DNA of 64,000 bases from Octopus vulgaris (taxonomy: Eukaryota): NCBI GenBank assembly GCA_951406725.2, contig OX597822.1, positions 92,752,001 to 92,816,000 of the forward strand, given 5' to 3'. A program made the translations under genes and the position numbers. The notes under the pieces are model-generated. The model was given only the letters and a program-made list of their open reading frames with translations. It did not search any database and was not told the origin of the DNA. Shown here one piece after another: positions 1-11,392 of the stretch (the stretch's first letter is position 1; each line of letters begins with the position of its first letter).

Positions 1-402
1 TTTGCCAGTGGCATGTAAAAAGTGCTATTTGAGTGTGGTTGATGCCAGTGGCATTAGGAAGGGCATCCAGCTATAGAAACCATGCCAAATCAGACTGGAG
101 CCTGGTACAGCCTTCTGGCTTGCCAGTCCTCCTCAGTCACACCATCCAACCCATGCCAGCATAGAAAACAGACGTTAAACGGATAGTGCTTCTTACATAC
201 CACCGGCATGGGGGGGCCAGTAAAGGGGTACTGGCATCGGCCATGTTCGGATGGTGCTTTTTCCGTGCCACTGGCATGGGATCCAGTCAGGTGGACCTGG
301 CATTGAAGACGGTCCTGGCATCTTTAGTATATTTTCATTTTTATTTGTATTTTTATGTTTTCTTGTAGTTATATTTACATGTTTTATTTTGTTATATTTC
401 AG

Positions 403-462
403 AATGCTCTTGATCCTGCCAGCAAATTTGAACCTGGACATCAACGAGATTTGACCCTACGG
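403..462 (+). CDS. Probable 60-nt internal coding exon of the AKAP9/pericentrin-like gene (NALDPASKFEPGHQRDLTLR)
   Basis: T-rich tract and tttcag acceptor at 400-402, open phase-0 frame of 20 codons, donor CGG|GTAGGT at 463. Joins in frame to the 2862 exon (..DLTLR-IQELEN..). Confidence 0.6.
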
Positions 463-827
463 GTAGGTTATGTATATTTTAAGACAGAGCCATTGTTACT
501 TTTCTAATTATATCAACTGTATCTTTCCTGTTACAAACCCTCCTCTTCGTTGTTGTGTTCCCAGTCAAAAGAAATAGTCTGTTATTGTCGTCATCAGTGG
601 TGTTGCTGCTTGTGGTGGGCTGGTGTAGGCGTGGCTGTCTGGTAGGAAGTTTGCCTCCCAGCCACATGGCTTTAGGCTCAGTCCCACTCTGTGGCCATGG
701 CACCTTGGGCAAGCGTCTTTTACTAGCCCCAGGCCAACCAAAGCCTTGGGAGTGGATTTGGTAGATGTAAACTGAAAGAAGCCATTTGTATGTGTGTGTG
801 TGTGTGTGTGTGTATATATACTATATG

Positions 828-1215
828 CTTTTATTTGTTTCAGTCATTTGACTGTGGCCATGCTGGAGTACCGCCTTTAGTTGAACAAATTGACCCCAGA
901 GCTTACCCTTTATAAGCCTTGTACTTATTCTATCGGTCTTGTTTTGCTGAACTGCTAAGTTACAGGGATGTAAACACATCAGAATCAGTTGTCATGCGAT
1001 GGCGGGGGAACAAACACAGACACACAACCACACACACACACACACACATATACGACGGGCTTTTTTCAGTTTCCATCTACCAAATCCACTCACAAGGCTT
1101 TGGTTGGCCCAAGGCTATAGTAGAAGACACTTGCCCAAGGTGCCATGCAGTGGGACTGAATCTGGAAACATGTGGTTGGTATGCAAGCTACTTACCACAC
1201 AGCCACTCCTGCACC
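828..1215 (-). mobile_element. SINE family 1, full-length, antisense
   Basis: Reverse complement of the 21170-21591 copy across head, internal microsatellite and tail. Confidence 0.8.
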
Positions 1216-1245
1216 TATTATAATATATATATATATATATATATA

Positions 1246-1510
1246 CTAGCTGAGGTACCCGGTAAAAATTACCCGTAATAAGATGTTTGTTGATAGCCAT
1301 GAAACAATTTTCATTAAATTTTGGCATTTTTCAAAAAATTAAAATCGATGCTGATTAAAAATTGATTTAAAAAAAATTCCAAGTGCATAAGTGACCACAT
1401 GGGCATAAGTCCCTCATATGTGTCAAGTTTCATCAAGGTCTGTTGGATAGTCTTGGAGGGGATAAAGTAACAAATTCACAAACACAAACGTGCTATTTAT
1501 TATTATTATT
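1246..1510 (-). mobile_element. Non-autonomous Helitron-like element
   Basis: On the minus strand it ends with a small hairpin (ggtaa-N3-ttacc, 1261-1273) then CTAG|T, and sits in a TA microsatellite. Confidence 0.5.
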
Positions 1511-1751
1511 ATATATATATATGTATATATATATGTTTGTGTGTGTGTTTGTGTGTCTGTATTTGTCCCCCTAGCATTGCTTGACAACCAATGCTGTTGT
1601 GTTTATGTCCCCGTCAGCGGTTCGGCAAAAAGAGACCGATAGAATAAGTACTGGGCTTACAAAGAATAAGTCCCGGGGTCAAGTTGCTCGATTAAAGGCG
1701 GTGCTCCAGTATGGCCACAGTCAAATGACTGAAACAACTAAAAGAGTAATA

Positions 1752-1933
1752 ATATATGTATAAAAAATATATATAAAAATACAAAATGGGACAAGATTAA
1801 TCAGCCAAAATTGCGAGGATGATCCGGTTCTTGACTGAAGATTAGAGGCTTTGAATGACCCGTCCGTTTTTTGTGTTGTCTATTTGAGTGTTTTGCGTTC
1901 TTGTCCCATTTTGTATTTTTATATATATTTTTT

Positions 1934-1943
<10 letters not shown>
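1752..1943. repeat. 45-bp perfect inverted repeat around a ~100-bp spacer
   Basis: atatatgtataaaaaatatatataaaaatacaaaatgggacaaga (1752-1796) is the reverse complement of 1899-1943. Confidence 0.85.
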
Positions 1944-1964
<21 letters not shown>

Positions 1965-2054
1965 GGGAGAGTTTATGAAAAAATCAAAAGACGAAGACAG
2001 GTGGTGTACAAAACAAACAGATGTATTAGTATAACGCTCAGGAATAGAAAAAGT

Positions 2055-2090
2055 CTTTTATGTTTCGAGCCTACGCTCTTCTACAGAAAG
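2055..2090 (-). ncRNA. Minimal type I hammerhead-like motif (variant core) in a short repeat module next to (TA)n
   Basis: Minus strand: cttt-CTGTAGA-a-gagc-gtag-gctc-GAAA-cata-aaag. Stems I and II pair; the core differs from CUGAnGA at position 6. Confidence 0.4.
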
Positions 2091-2861
2091 GGACACGGAA
2101 AAAAAAACAAGGAGAGGGAAAAAGGTGGCAATGACTCAGACCTTTGGTATTATGTTGTGCTTGAGAAGAAGACCCATCAAACTGAGCAAAATCGCAGTCG
2201 CACCCATGTTGGTGGCATGTAAAAAGCACTCATTATACTCTTGGAGTGGTTGGCATTAGGAAGGGCATCCAGCCATAGAAAACCATGCCAAATCAGACTG
2301 GAGTCTGGTGTAGCCTTCCAACATGTCAGCCGCGGTCAAACCGGCCAACACATGCCAGCATGGACAATGGACATTAAATGATGATGATATATGTGTGTGT
2401 GTTACTGTCTCCTTGCCTTGAAATCAAGTGACAGTTGTAAATGAGTGTCACCATCATAGAAGCAGCATTCTTCATTTTCGGTCTTTCATGAAATACACTT
2501 CTGGCCCTGCAGAAACTACCTTATTTGGAACACAGCAATTATTATAAAGGAGATAATAACTTCTAGATTAAAAATGGTGGCGGTTACAAGTTTGATTTTT
2601 AAATAGAATAACGAAAGAGATGTACAGAGTATAAATATTTAATATTTTTATTAATCATTTTTAGTATTCATTATAAAAATCTTAAATTATGTATCCTTAG
2701 GTAGCTGTGTATAGCACCATTTCATCCTCATCAGCATAATATAACCCCTAGGCAAAAAACTGACTCTAATATTTAAGAAAATGTTTTCTTTTCTGATTTA
2801 TACTTTTTTTTTTTGCTTCCTTTTCTTTTCCTGTTCTTGTTATTCCACTGATTGTCTCCAG

Positions 2862-3035
2862 ATTCAGGAACTCGAAAATGCTATCCTAAAGCGAGATGAA
2901 CTTCTGCGCCAGCTGACGTCACGCTTGCAGATGTCATTTCAGGAGAATACCGAGAGAGGATTGCAGCAGGCCTGCTCAGTTGAAACCCAAAAATTGGCGC
3001 AGCATGTCCAGTTATTACAACTACAATTGCAACAG
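2862..3035 (+). CDS. AKAP9: Coding exon of giant coiled-coil centrosomal scaffold-like protein (AKAP9/pericentrin family)
   Basis: Polypyrimidine tract + ccag acceptor, donor CAG|GTGACT, phase 0-0, 58 codons. IQELENAILKRDELLRQLTSRLQ resembles the AKAP9 N-terminal segment (QEFEAAIKQRDGIITQLTANLQ, recalled from memory). Exon call is strong, family call moderate. Confidence 0.8.
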
Positions 3036-4684
3036 GTGACTTGACAACTTTCTAATTTTTTCATTTGGTACACATGTGTGTTGGATGGGGGTGGAATCAT
3101 ATTGGGAATTGTTGCTGCTTTGATTTAAGAGAAGTGTTGTTGGTTTAGACTGGCCCCAATACAGGATATTTAATATATAGCCTAACGAACTGGCAGTCAT
3201 TAGTACGCCAGGCAAAATGTTTAGCTGCATTTTGTCTGTCTTTGTTTTGAGTTCAAGCCCCTCTGAGGTCACCCATCCTTTTGGGGTTGTTAAAATAAAT
3301 ACCAGTTGAGCATTGGGGGTCAGTGTAATAGCTTTACCTCCTCTCTCAAAAATGCTGGCCTTGTGCCAGAATCTGAAATCAATATGTAGCCTGACTACTT
3401 ACGCTCCTGCTACACAGACACACACACACACGTGCGCATACACACACATGTGCATACACACACATGCATGCACACACATATCATGCGTGTGTGCACATGC
3501 CTGCACACACACATCATGCGTGTGTACACATGCCTGCACACACGTGCCCACCGATGTACGAATTTGCACAACCCTTCCTCCTTTGCTATCATCAGAGCAA
3601 GTTTCCTGTCCCAGGAGGATATGCTGATTTCTACTACATGAACTGTAGAGCCAGTGATTGAACCTTTACATTGCCATTTGATCTACTAAAAATCTCAATC
3701 AAATCTCCCTCTTCTCACAACCCTCTGCCTTTTAAAACGAATATACATTAGATTGTGTTTTCTTAGGTACACTATGCATGGAAAAAAGATGGAGTGATCA
3801 TAGCTGGCATGCCCTACTCAAGGTCAACACAGGGCTAGACAAACACGGTTCCTTTGCTTCTTTTACTTACCAAGCTTGGAGGAAGCAATATGAAATAAGT
3901 CATGGTCCCTTCTCTTCCTCTGTTTTAAACTTAAAAAAAAAAAACGAACTGTATTTATCTGTCATTCTTCTTCGTTGTTCTTCTTTGTCTTAACTCATTC
4001 CTGGTTCTCTTTCGTCTGAACAAACTCGATCTTTCGGTCATCTGTAAATTTTATCAGGGGAGATAACTGTGCTAACACCTCAGTAACAACATTCGAAATG
4101 TGAAATTAAAAAATTTGTCTCACAAATATTTCTTCGCAATCCTTTGAATGAAATCAATGCACAAAGAGGAAAGAAGGAAAGAAATAACACAAGCACCTAA
4201 CCATCTGTCATCTCCTGTTTGCCGAGTCACTTCTATTTCTTACCGCTTTCCATACAAACTCATATTTACCTTTGAACGTGTCTTCATCCTTGTTCACCCT
4301 TCACTACATTCACCTCTCCCATCATCTCTAACCATCTCTCACTCCCCTCTCATCATCATCGTTTAACGTCCGTTTTCCATGCTGGCATATATCTCCTTTA
4401 CAGCAAGACGTCTGTTCCTGTGCCTCTATCATTCTTCTGGCTCTGAACACCTGGGGTAAAACCACCACGCCTTTCTCTATTATATTTCCATTCATTTGAA
4501 GAAACTTTTTACATCTTGCAACTTGACGTCCTTGCTAGTGCCGGTGGCATGGAAAATGACCCAGTACACATTTGTGAACTTACTAACTCAATCTTCCCAA
4601 TCTTCTGTCTGTATTTTCTCTCTTCTACTCACCTTGTATTTTGAGGTTTACACCCTGACATTATATCACCACCACCAACTTCAA

Positions 4685-4901
4685 CCCTTTAGCATTTAAT
4701 CCAGCCATATGTGGCCCAAATATTCTACCTGTTTTATGTTCAAAGTGGCCAGATCTGGCCTCTCCCACCTACCCTGCAATGTCATTCTAAAATTAACAGT
4801 CGGTTATCAAAATCTTGAAGCTACGAGATGATGCATGATTAATTCAAAGCAATGAATAAATAAACATTACATTTGACGAGAGTAATCTGAATGCTAAAGA
4901 G
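4685..4901. mobile_element. piggyBac-like TTAA MITE family P1 (other copies ~5353-5540, ~6127-6337 inverted, 47314-47533, ~56525-56745)
   Basis: Termini ccctttagcatt...atgctaaagag, TTAA-like flanks, shared internal sequence among copies. Confidence 0.65.
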
Positions 4902-6513
4902 TTAACTCTTTTCAGCTGCTCCCGTCTACCCATATATATTGCAGGGTAGCCATGTATCTCCTCCACAGCAAAACAACTGTTCCCGTGCCTCTATCATTCT
5001 TCTGGCTCTGAACACCTAGCATAAAACCACCACCTCTTTCTCTACTATATTTTCATTCATTTGAAGAGACTTTTTGCATCTTGCAACTTGATGTCCTTGC
5101 CAGTACCGATGCCATGGAAAATGATCTAATACACTTTGTAATGTGATTTGCATTAGAAAAGCTATCCAGCTGTTGAAACCATATTAAAGCATTGTTCATT
5201 AATATATTCTTTAGAAAATATTAACCCTTTCATTACTATATTTCTAATTAAAACACACCCTTTATGAGTTTCGATTAAATTCTAAAATAATCACGAATTT
5301 AGACTGGTTTCATTAAATATCTGTAACTTTTTTTTATTTATTGACATATTAACCCTTTAGCATTTAAACCGGCCATATCCGGCTAAAAGTATTCTGTCTG
5401 TTTTATGTTCAAACTGGCCAGATCTGGTCTCTCACACCAACCTTACAATATCGTTTTAAAAATTAACAGCTACCTCATCAAAATCTCATAGCTACAAGAT
5501 AATGCATGATTAGTTCAAAACAATGTGGATAAGAAAGTGATTAATTTTGGCATAATATGATTTTTGTGACACAATTGAAGAAAAGGTTTTAATCAATTCT
5601 CTTGCATAACTTTTGTCTCAATGTGACTCTAATTACAGGTAAATACTCGTAAACCACAAGCTGTATTTTTTTCTTGGTTTGTTTACTTTCTGCGTAACAG
5701 TTTGTTTCTGTAGCTTATAAGCTTACATTTGCTTGAATTCTCCATATCCTCCATTGAAAAGCCCTCAAATTCAGAATGACTGTTTCATAGCATGAAACTG
5801 TTAAAGTTGAAAAAAAATCGTCGAAGGAAAAATGTGGAAAAAAAATCTTTCAAAATTAGCAGAGCTCAGATATCATGTCAGACAATGTCAGATACTGTAA
5901 CTCACCTATTTACAAAGAGAAATCGCATGTTTTCACAAATGCACTAACAAAATTTGTGCTGAAATTCACATTTAAATATCAATGGGTTCACTTGACCGGC
6001 TTTGTCTGGGCTGGTTGTTTGTGCCAAAAACTTTTTCAACCGCCTGCGGTCGGGTTGGTAACAAAAGAGTCAAGATCAAGAAGTACAAAACCATGTATTT
6101 TCCCCCCTTCTAGAGTTTGTTTTAATCCCTTTGCATTCAAATTACTCCCCCACATGTAATCCTTATATATTTACATTGTTTTGAATTAACCATAAATTCT
6201 TTTGTAGCTTCATGATTTCAATGATGTGATTGTCTACTTTTAGAAGAGTATTCTTGGGCAAGTGTGAGAGGCTGGATCTGACCAGTTTGAATATAAAACG
6301 GGTAGAATATTTTCACTGGATGTAGCCAGTTTAAAGGTTAATGCATAAAGCAATCACAATTATGGCCACACTGGAGCATCTTATTCTTCATTTCACACTT
6401 TCAAAATTCTTTTTTTTTTTGCATTTGTTTTCATTTTTTTTTTACTCATTTAAATTTTTCTTCATTTGTCTAAATTTTTATTTTTTTAATTTTCCTCTTC
6501 TTTTTCCATTCAG

Positions 6514-6852
6514 GCTGGTGAAAAGCTGAATGGACAGATGAAACAACACTCGGTGTCATCACAAGCTTTACAAGATGCCAAATGTGAGATTCTTAATCTT
6601 CACCAGCGGATCCAACAGAAAGACGAAATGATGTCCCAGCTGACTCAAAAGTTGTCTCAAGTGAATAACAATTATGCTAGTCTACAGTCCACGATGGCCT
6701 TATCTGATCAACAATCTACAGACTACAACCAGCTGTTGACTGAACTCAACATCTTGCAGGAACAGTCGAACACTCTGTCACTTCACCTCAACGAAGAGAA
6801 GGCAAAGAATTCCCAACTTGAAAAACGTCTAATGCAACTTCTTCAACCAAAT
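6514..6852 (+). CDS. AKAP9: Coding exon, AKAP9/pericentrin-like coiled coil
   Basis: Long T tract + ttcag acceptor (6511-6513), donor AAT|GTAGGC, phase 0-0, 113 codons. HSVSSQALQDAKCEILNLHQRIQQKD parallels the recalled AKAP9 segment HSSTAADLLQAKQQILTHQQQLEEQD. Confidence 0.82.
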
Positions 6853-7013
6853 GTAGGCATCACCACATTCCTGATTTTGTGGCTTTAAGTGTTGTTGTTG
6901 TTTAGCTTCAGGTTGCCTCTAATAAAGGTGCAGGTGTCGATTTAATAGGCTTAACCCTATTCCCTCAAATTCCAGGTTCTGTGCCTATCTTAGAAACATT
7001 ATTATTATTATTT

Positions 7014-7455
7014 ATTTCTTTATTACCCACCGGGGGCTAAACATAGAGGGGAAAAACAAGGACGGACAAAGGGTGTCAGTTGATTACATCGACCCCAGTG
7101 CATGACTGGTATTTATTTAATCGACCTCGAAAGGATGTAAGGCAAAGTTGACCTCAGCGGAATTTGAACTCAGAACGTAATGCTAGACGAAATACTGCTA
7201 GGTATTTCACCTGGCGTGCTAATGATTCTGCCAGCTTTATTGATAGCAAGCTGGCTGAAACGTTAGCACACTGGGCAAAATGCTTAGCGGCATTTTGTCT
7301 GTCTTTACATTCTAAGTTCAAATTCCTCCAAGGTCGACTTTGCCTTTCATCCTTTTGGGGTTGATAAACTATGTACCAGTTGTGTACTGGGGATGATCTA
7401 ATCAGCTGGCACCCTCCCCCAAAATTTTGGGCTTTGTGCCTAGAGTAGAAAAGAA
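7014..7455. mobile_element. Head-to-head pair of SINE family 2 (Nin/Deu-domain-like) copies
   Basis: Minus copy 7014-7235 and plus copy 7246-7455. The plus copy shows gagttc-type B box and gcctttcatccttttggggttgataa..gtaccag, which resembles the Nin/Deu SINE domain. Confidence 0.7.
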
Positions 7456-7548
7456 TTATTATTATTATTATTATTATTATTAAGGCAGCGAACTGGCAGA
7501 ATTGTTGACATGCTGGGCAAAATGCTTTGTAGCATTTTGTCCATCCTT

Positions 7549-7930
7549 ATGTGGTTAGGAGATTGCTTCCCAACCACATGGTTCGTGGTTCAGTCCCACT
7601 GCTTGACACCTTTGGCAGGTATCTCTTGCTATAGCATTGGGTCAACCAAAGCTTTGCAAATGGATTTAGTAGATGGAAACTGAAAGAAGCCTGTCGTGTG
7701 TGTGTGTGTGAATGTGTCTTTGAGTTTGTTCCCAACCACTAATTGATAACCAGTGTTGGTGTGTTAACATCCCTGTAACTTAACGGTTCAGAAGAAGAGA
7801 CCAATAAAACAAGTACCAGGCTTAAAAATGAACCGAAGTGCTGGGGTTGATTCGTTTGACTAGAAATGTGTCAAGGCTGTGCTCCAGCATGGCCACAGTC
7901 TGATGACTGAAACAAGTAAAAGATAAAAGA
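7549..7930 (+). mobile_element. SINE family 1
   Basis: Matches the family 1 body and tail (gactgaaacaagtaaaagataaaaga). Confidence 0.75.
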
Positions 7931-8756
7931 TTTGATCAAAATGCACATGAGTGGCTGTGTGGTAAGTACATTGCTTATCAACGACATGGTTCTGGGTCCA
8001 GTGCTACTGTGTGGCACCTTGGGCAAGTGTCTTCTACTATAGCCTCAGGCTGACCAAAGCCTTGAGTAAGGATTTGGTAGACGGAAACTGAAAGCAGCCC
8101 ATCGTATATGTGTATATATATATAACTGAAGAATTAAAATTAATCAAAGAACATACTAAGATTTCTGTAGTTTATTATCAGTGTATTTTGGTGATTTCAA
8201 ATTCAACCGTGGATGACTGTTATTTCCAGCGGGTAGACATACTTAGTATGTCCTATGATTAATTTTAATCTTTCAGCTATTTAATGCTTCTTCTTTTTTT
8301 TTTGAGCCTGTAACCGCCCATATTATTGATTTTGTTATTATCATTTTTAAATTGTTATACTAGATAATTAATAGAGTCAATGGATATCTTCACAAATATT
8401 TTCTCCTGAGTTATTTGTCCCATATTGAAATATATATTTGTGTGAAAGGCTGAAACAAATAAAAGAGTGAAAGAGGAATCCACCCATTTTTTTTCTTCAG
8501 ACACATTGCATTCCAGACTACATTTTATCAAAGCATTTTTTGAAGATGCAATGATGTTATTTTGAGGGTGCATGGGTGATACAGTCATGAGGGTGTTGCA
8601 CTCATGATTTCGGTTTTTAGACCAGACCAAGTTGTGTTTTGTGTTCTTTTGGGGTTGATAAATTAAGTACCAGTGAAATACTGGGGTTGATGTAATTGAC
8701 TAGTTCCTCTCCCCTATAATTTTGGGCTTTGTACCTTTAGTAGAAAGGATTATTAT

Positions 8757-9544
8757 GGCATAGTTTCGGTTGTAGTAGCACAGATTTCCGTCGATTTCCG
8801 TAAAAAACTTTTATTTTTTTACATAAGTAATGAGAGCGAAAGAGACTAAGAGGAAGCGATTTTACGACGAGAAGGTTTCACTTTGAAGTCGGCCTGTGTG
8901 TGTTTGATGGGGTGTGGGAGACAGACAGTATGTTGTGTAAGTGAAGTGCTTCTGTTAGTGTGTGCGAAGAGACAGACATACATATACACATACACCGAGT
9001 ACATACATACATACATACACACACACACATACATAGATACATACACACACACACATACATACATACATACACACATACTTACACACACACACACACACAC
9101 ATAGATACATACACACACACACACATACATGCAGACATACATATACACATACACCGAGTAAAAAATTACGATGAATCGGCCATACATACATACATACACA
9201 CACACACTTACACACACACATACATAGATACATGCATACATACATATACACATACATGCATACATACATATACACATACACCGAGTAAAAAATCAGTTAT
9301 CTCTCTCTTTCACACATTACTCTCTCTGTCTCTTCACACACACTAACAGAAGCACTTCACTTACACAACATACTTTCTGTCTCCCACACCCCATCAAACA
9401 CACACAGGCCGACTTCAAAGTGAAACCTTCTCGTCATAAAATCGCTTCCTCTTAGTCTCTTTCGCTCTCATTACTTATGTAAAAAAATAAAAGTTTTTTA
9501 CGGAAATCGACGGAAATCTGCGCTACGACATGCGAAACTTCGCC
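8757..9544. mobile_element. Non-autonomous Mutator-like (MULE)/foldback DNA transposon
   Basis: ~220-bp TIRs (8757-8976 and 9325-9544) starting GGC, exact 9-bp TSD GATTATTAT (8748-8756 and 9545-9553), interior of CA/CATA microsatellite. Confidence 0.88.
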
Positions 9545-10215
9545 GATTATTATTGAGGGTGGTGAGCTGGCAGAATTGTTAGAACATTGGGAAGAATGTT
9601 TGGTGGTATTTGTTCCAGCTCTTTATATTCCGAGTTCAAATCTTGCTGAGGTCGACTTTGCCTTTCATTCTTTTTGGGGGTTGATAAAATAAGTATGAGC
9701 TGAGCATTAGGGGTCAATGTAATTGACTTACCCCTCCCCCAAAACTGCTGGCCTTGTGCCAAAATTTGAAATTATTATTATTAAGAACACCCACTACACT
9801 CTCGGAGTGGTTGGCATTAGGAAGGGTATCCAGCCATAGAAACCTTGCCAAGTCAGATCGGAACCCAGTGCAGCCCTTCCCCACACCAGCTTACTAGTTT
9901 TCAGTCAGACTGTCCAACCCATGCCAGCATGGAAAGCGGACGTTAAATGATGATTGATGATGAGTTGGCAGAATTGTTAGGACACTAGACAAAATACATA
10001 GTGATATTATATACTGTCTACATGCTCTGATTTCAAATTCAACCTTGGATGACTTTGGCCTTTCCTTCTTTCGGAGTTGATGAAAGAAGTACCAAACACT
10101 GAAGGCAAGGTAATCAACTTATACCCCCCCCCCATAAATTGCTTGGTTTGTGTCAAAAATTTGAAATTCTTATTTATTTATTTATTCATTTATTTTTTTC
10201 CCCCTTTTTTTCCAG

Positions 10216-11392
10216 GTTAATGAAAGTGCTAGCAGTGGAAGCCATTTGGAGTCTACAGCAGAAGGAACTGTCGCAGAAATGGAATTGACCTCAGAGAATT
10301 TACCGGAATATTTTCCTAGAAAGCAACTTGAAGAATTTCACAGACTAATTGAAAAATGTATATTTTTGTATCAATCAAATGATAACACTAGTGACAATAG
10401 TACTGCTACTACTACTACTACTACTAGTAGTAATAGTAGTAGTAGTAGTAGTAGTAGTTGTGAAGAATTAAACCGGTTACTCTTAAAGATCACTTGCATC
10501 ACTCAGGTGTTCTTGAAGAACATTAAAACTGACTCCTTCCAGCGGTCAGATCTGGATCGCGATTTTGCTTGTCAAGTAGATTTAGGAGAACCCTTTGAGT
10601 TGGCTTCTAACAACAGTGAAATACCATCTCCAAATGCAGTTGCCATAAATGAGAACTTGGGAGCAAACTCAGTGTTGGCAGAAAATAATGAACTTTTGTC
10701 GAATGTTGAGACTCTTCAACTGAAGATTGAAGACTTGGCTGTTGAAAACAAGCTCCTCTCGGAGGAAGTTTTCCAAACAAAGACCGAATTTGATTCTTTG
10801 TTGGCTGTGAAAGAAGAGCTTGACGAGAAATGCCAAGCGTCGGAAAGTAAAACAAGCGAGCTGATTACCAAACTGGAACACTATGAGACTGAAATAATCT
10901 CTCTTCAAGAGAAGAATTCAAATTTAACTGCTTGCCTGAAAGATCTTGAAGTTTCTTTTGGTTCGGTAAAAGAATCAGAAATGTCTTTGACACAGAATGT
11001 AGCAGTTTTGAAAAGTGAGAAAGAAGCACTAAATGCATGTCTGCAGGAGAAGGACAGAGATGTTCAAGACTTGACCGAACGGCTGGAGTCCAGTCACCAA
11101 GAGATAATGAACTTGGAGAACATGCGTCGAACACTGGAACAAGAACTGTCAGTGTCTCGACAGGAAACTGTAGACTTCAATGATAAGCTCAACAGACATG
11201 GCACTGAAGCAGAAGAACAGAAGCAGAACGAACTCAATCTCCTTGAAAAATTGGCATCCTCCCAAGAAGAAATTACTGCATTGCAGCAGCAGATGGCATC
11301 CGTGGAAAATGAGAAAAAAGAAACATTGAAACTTGCTGCCCTGGAAGTGGTGGAACTTAATGAAGACATTGCTGCATTACGGAACCAAATTG
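10216..11392 (+). CDS. AKAP9: Large coding exon (poly-T/poly-S tract, then E/K/Q/L coiled coil)
   Basis: ttttccag acceptor, open frame (ORF 10246-11502), donor TTG|GTGAGG at 11393 in phase 1, matching the phase of the next acceptor. Confidence 0.88.

Larger units (their letters stand above)
622..1748 (+). mobile_element. tRNA-derived SINE family 1 (CORE-like middle), split by nested insertions
   Basis: 5' half at 622-~810 (gtggctgt..ggcaccttgggcaag) and 3' half at ~1530-1748 (..gactgaaacaactaaaagag) match the intact copy at 21170-21591. Confidence 0.7.

Noticed and set aside
6853-6926. Read-through VGITTFLILWL stop followed by AATAAA at 6921
   Set aside because: AATAAA is common in this AT-rich DNA and the donor at 6853 gives a clean in-frame join; no independent support.
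8846-9346. Several 64-143 aa ORFs rich in C/V/Y/M or H/T
   Set aside because: Translations of CA/CATA microsatellite inside the MULE; not protein-like.
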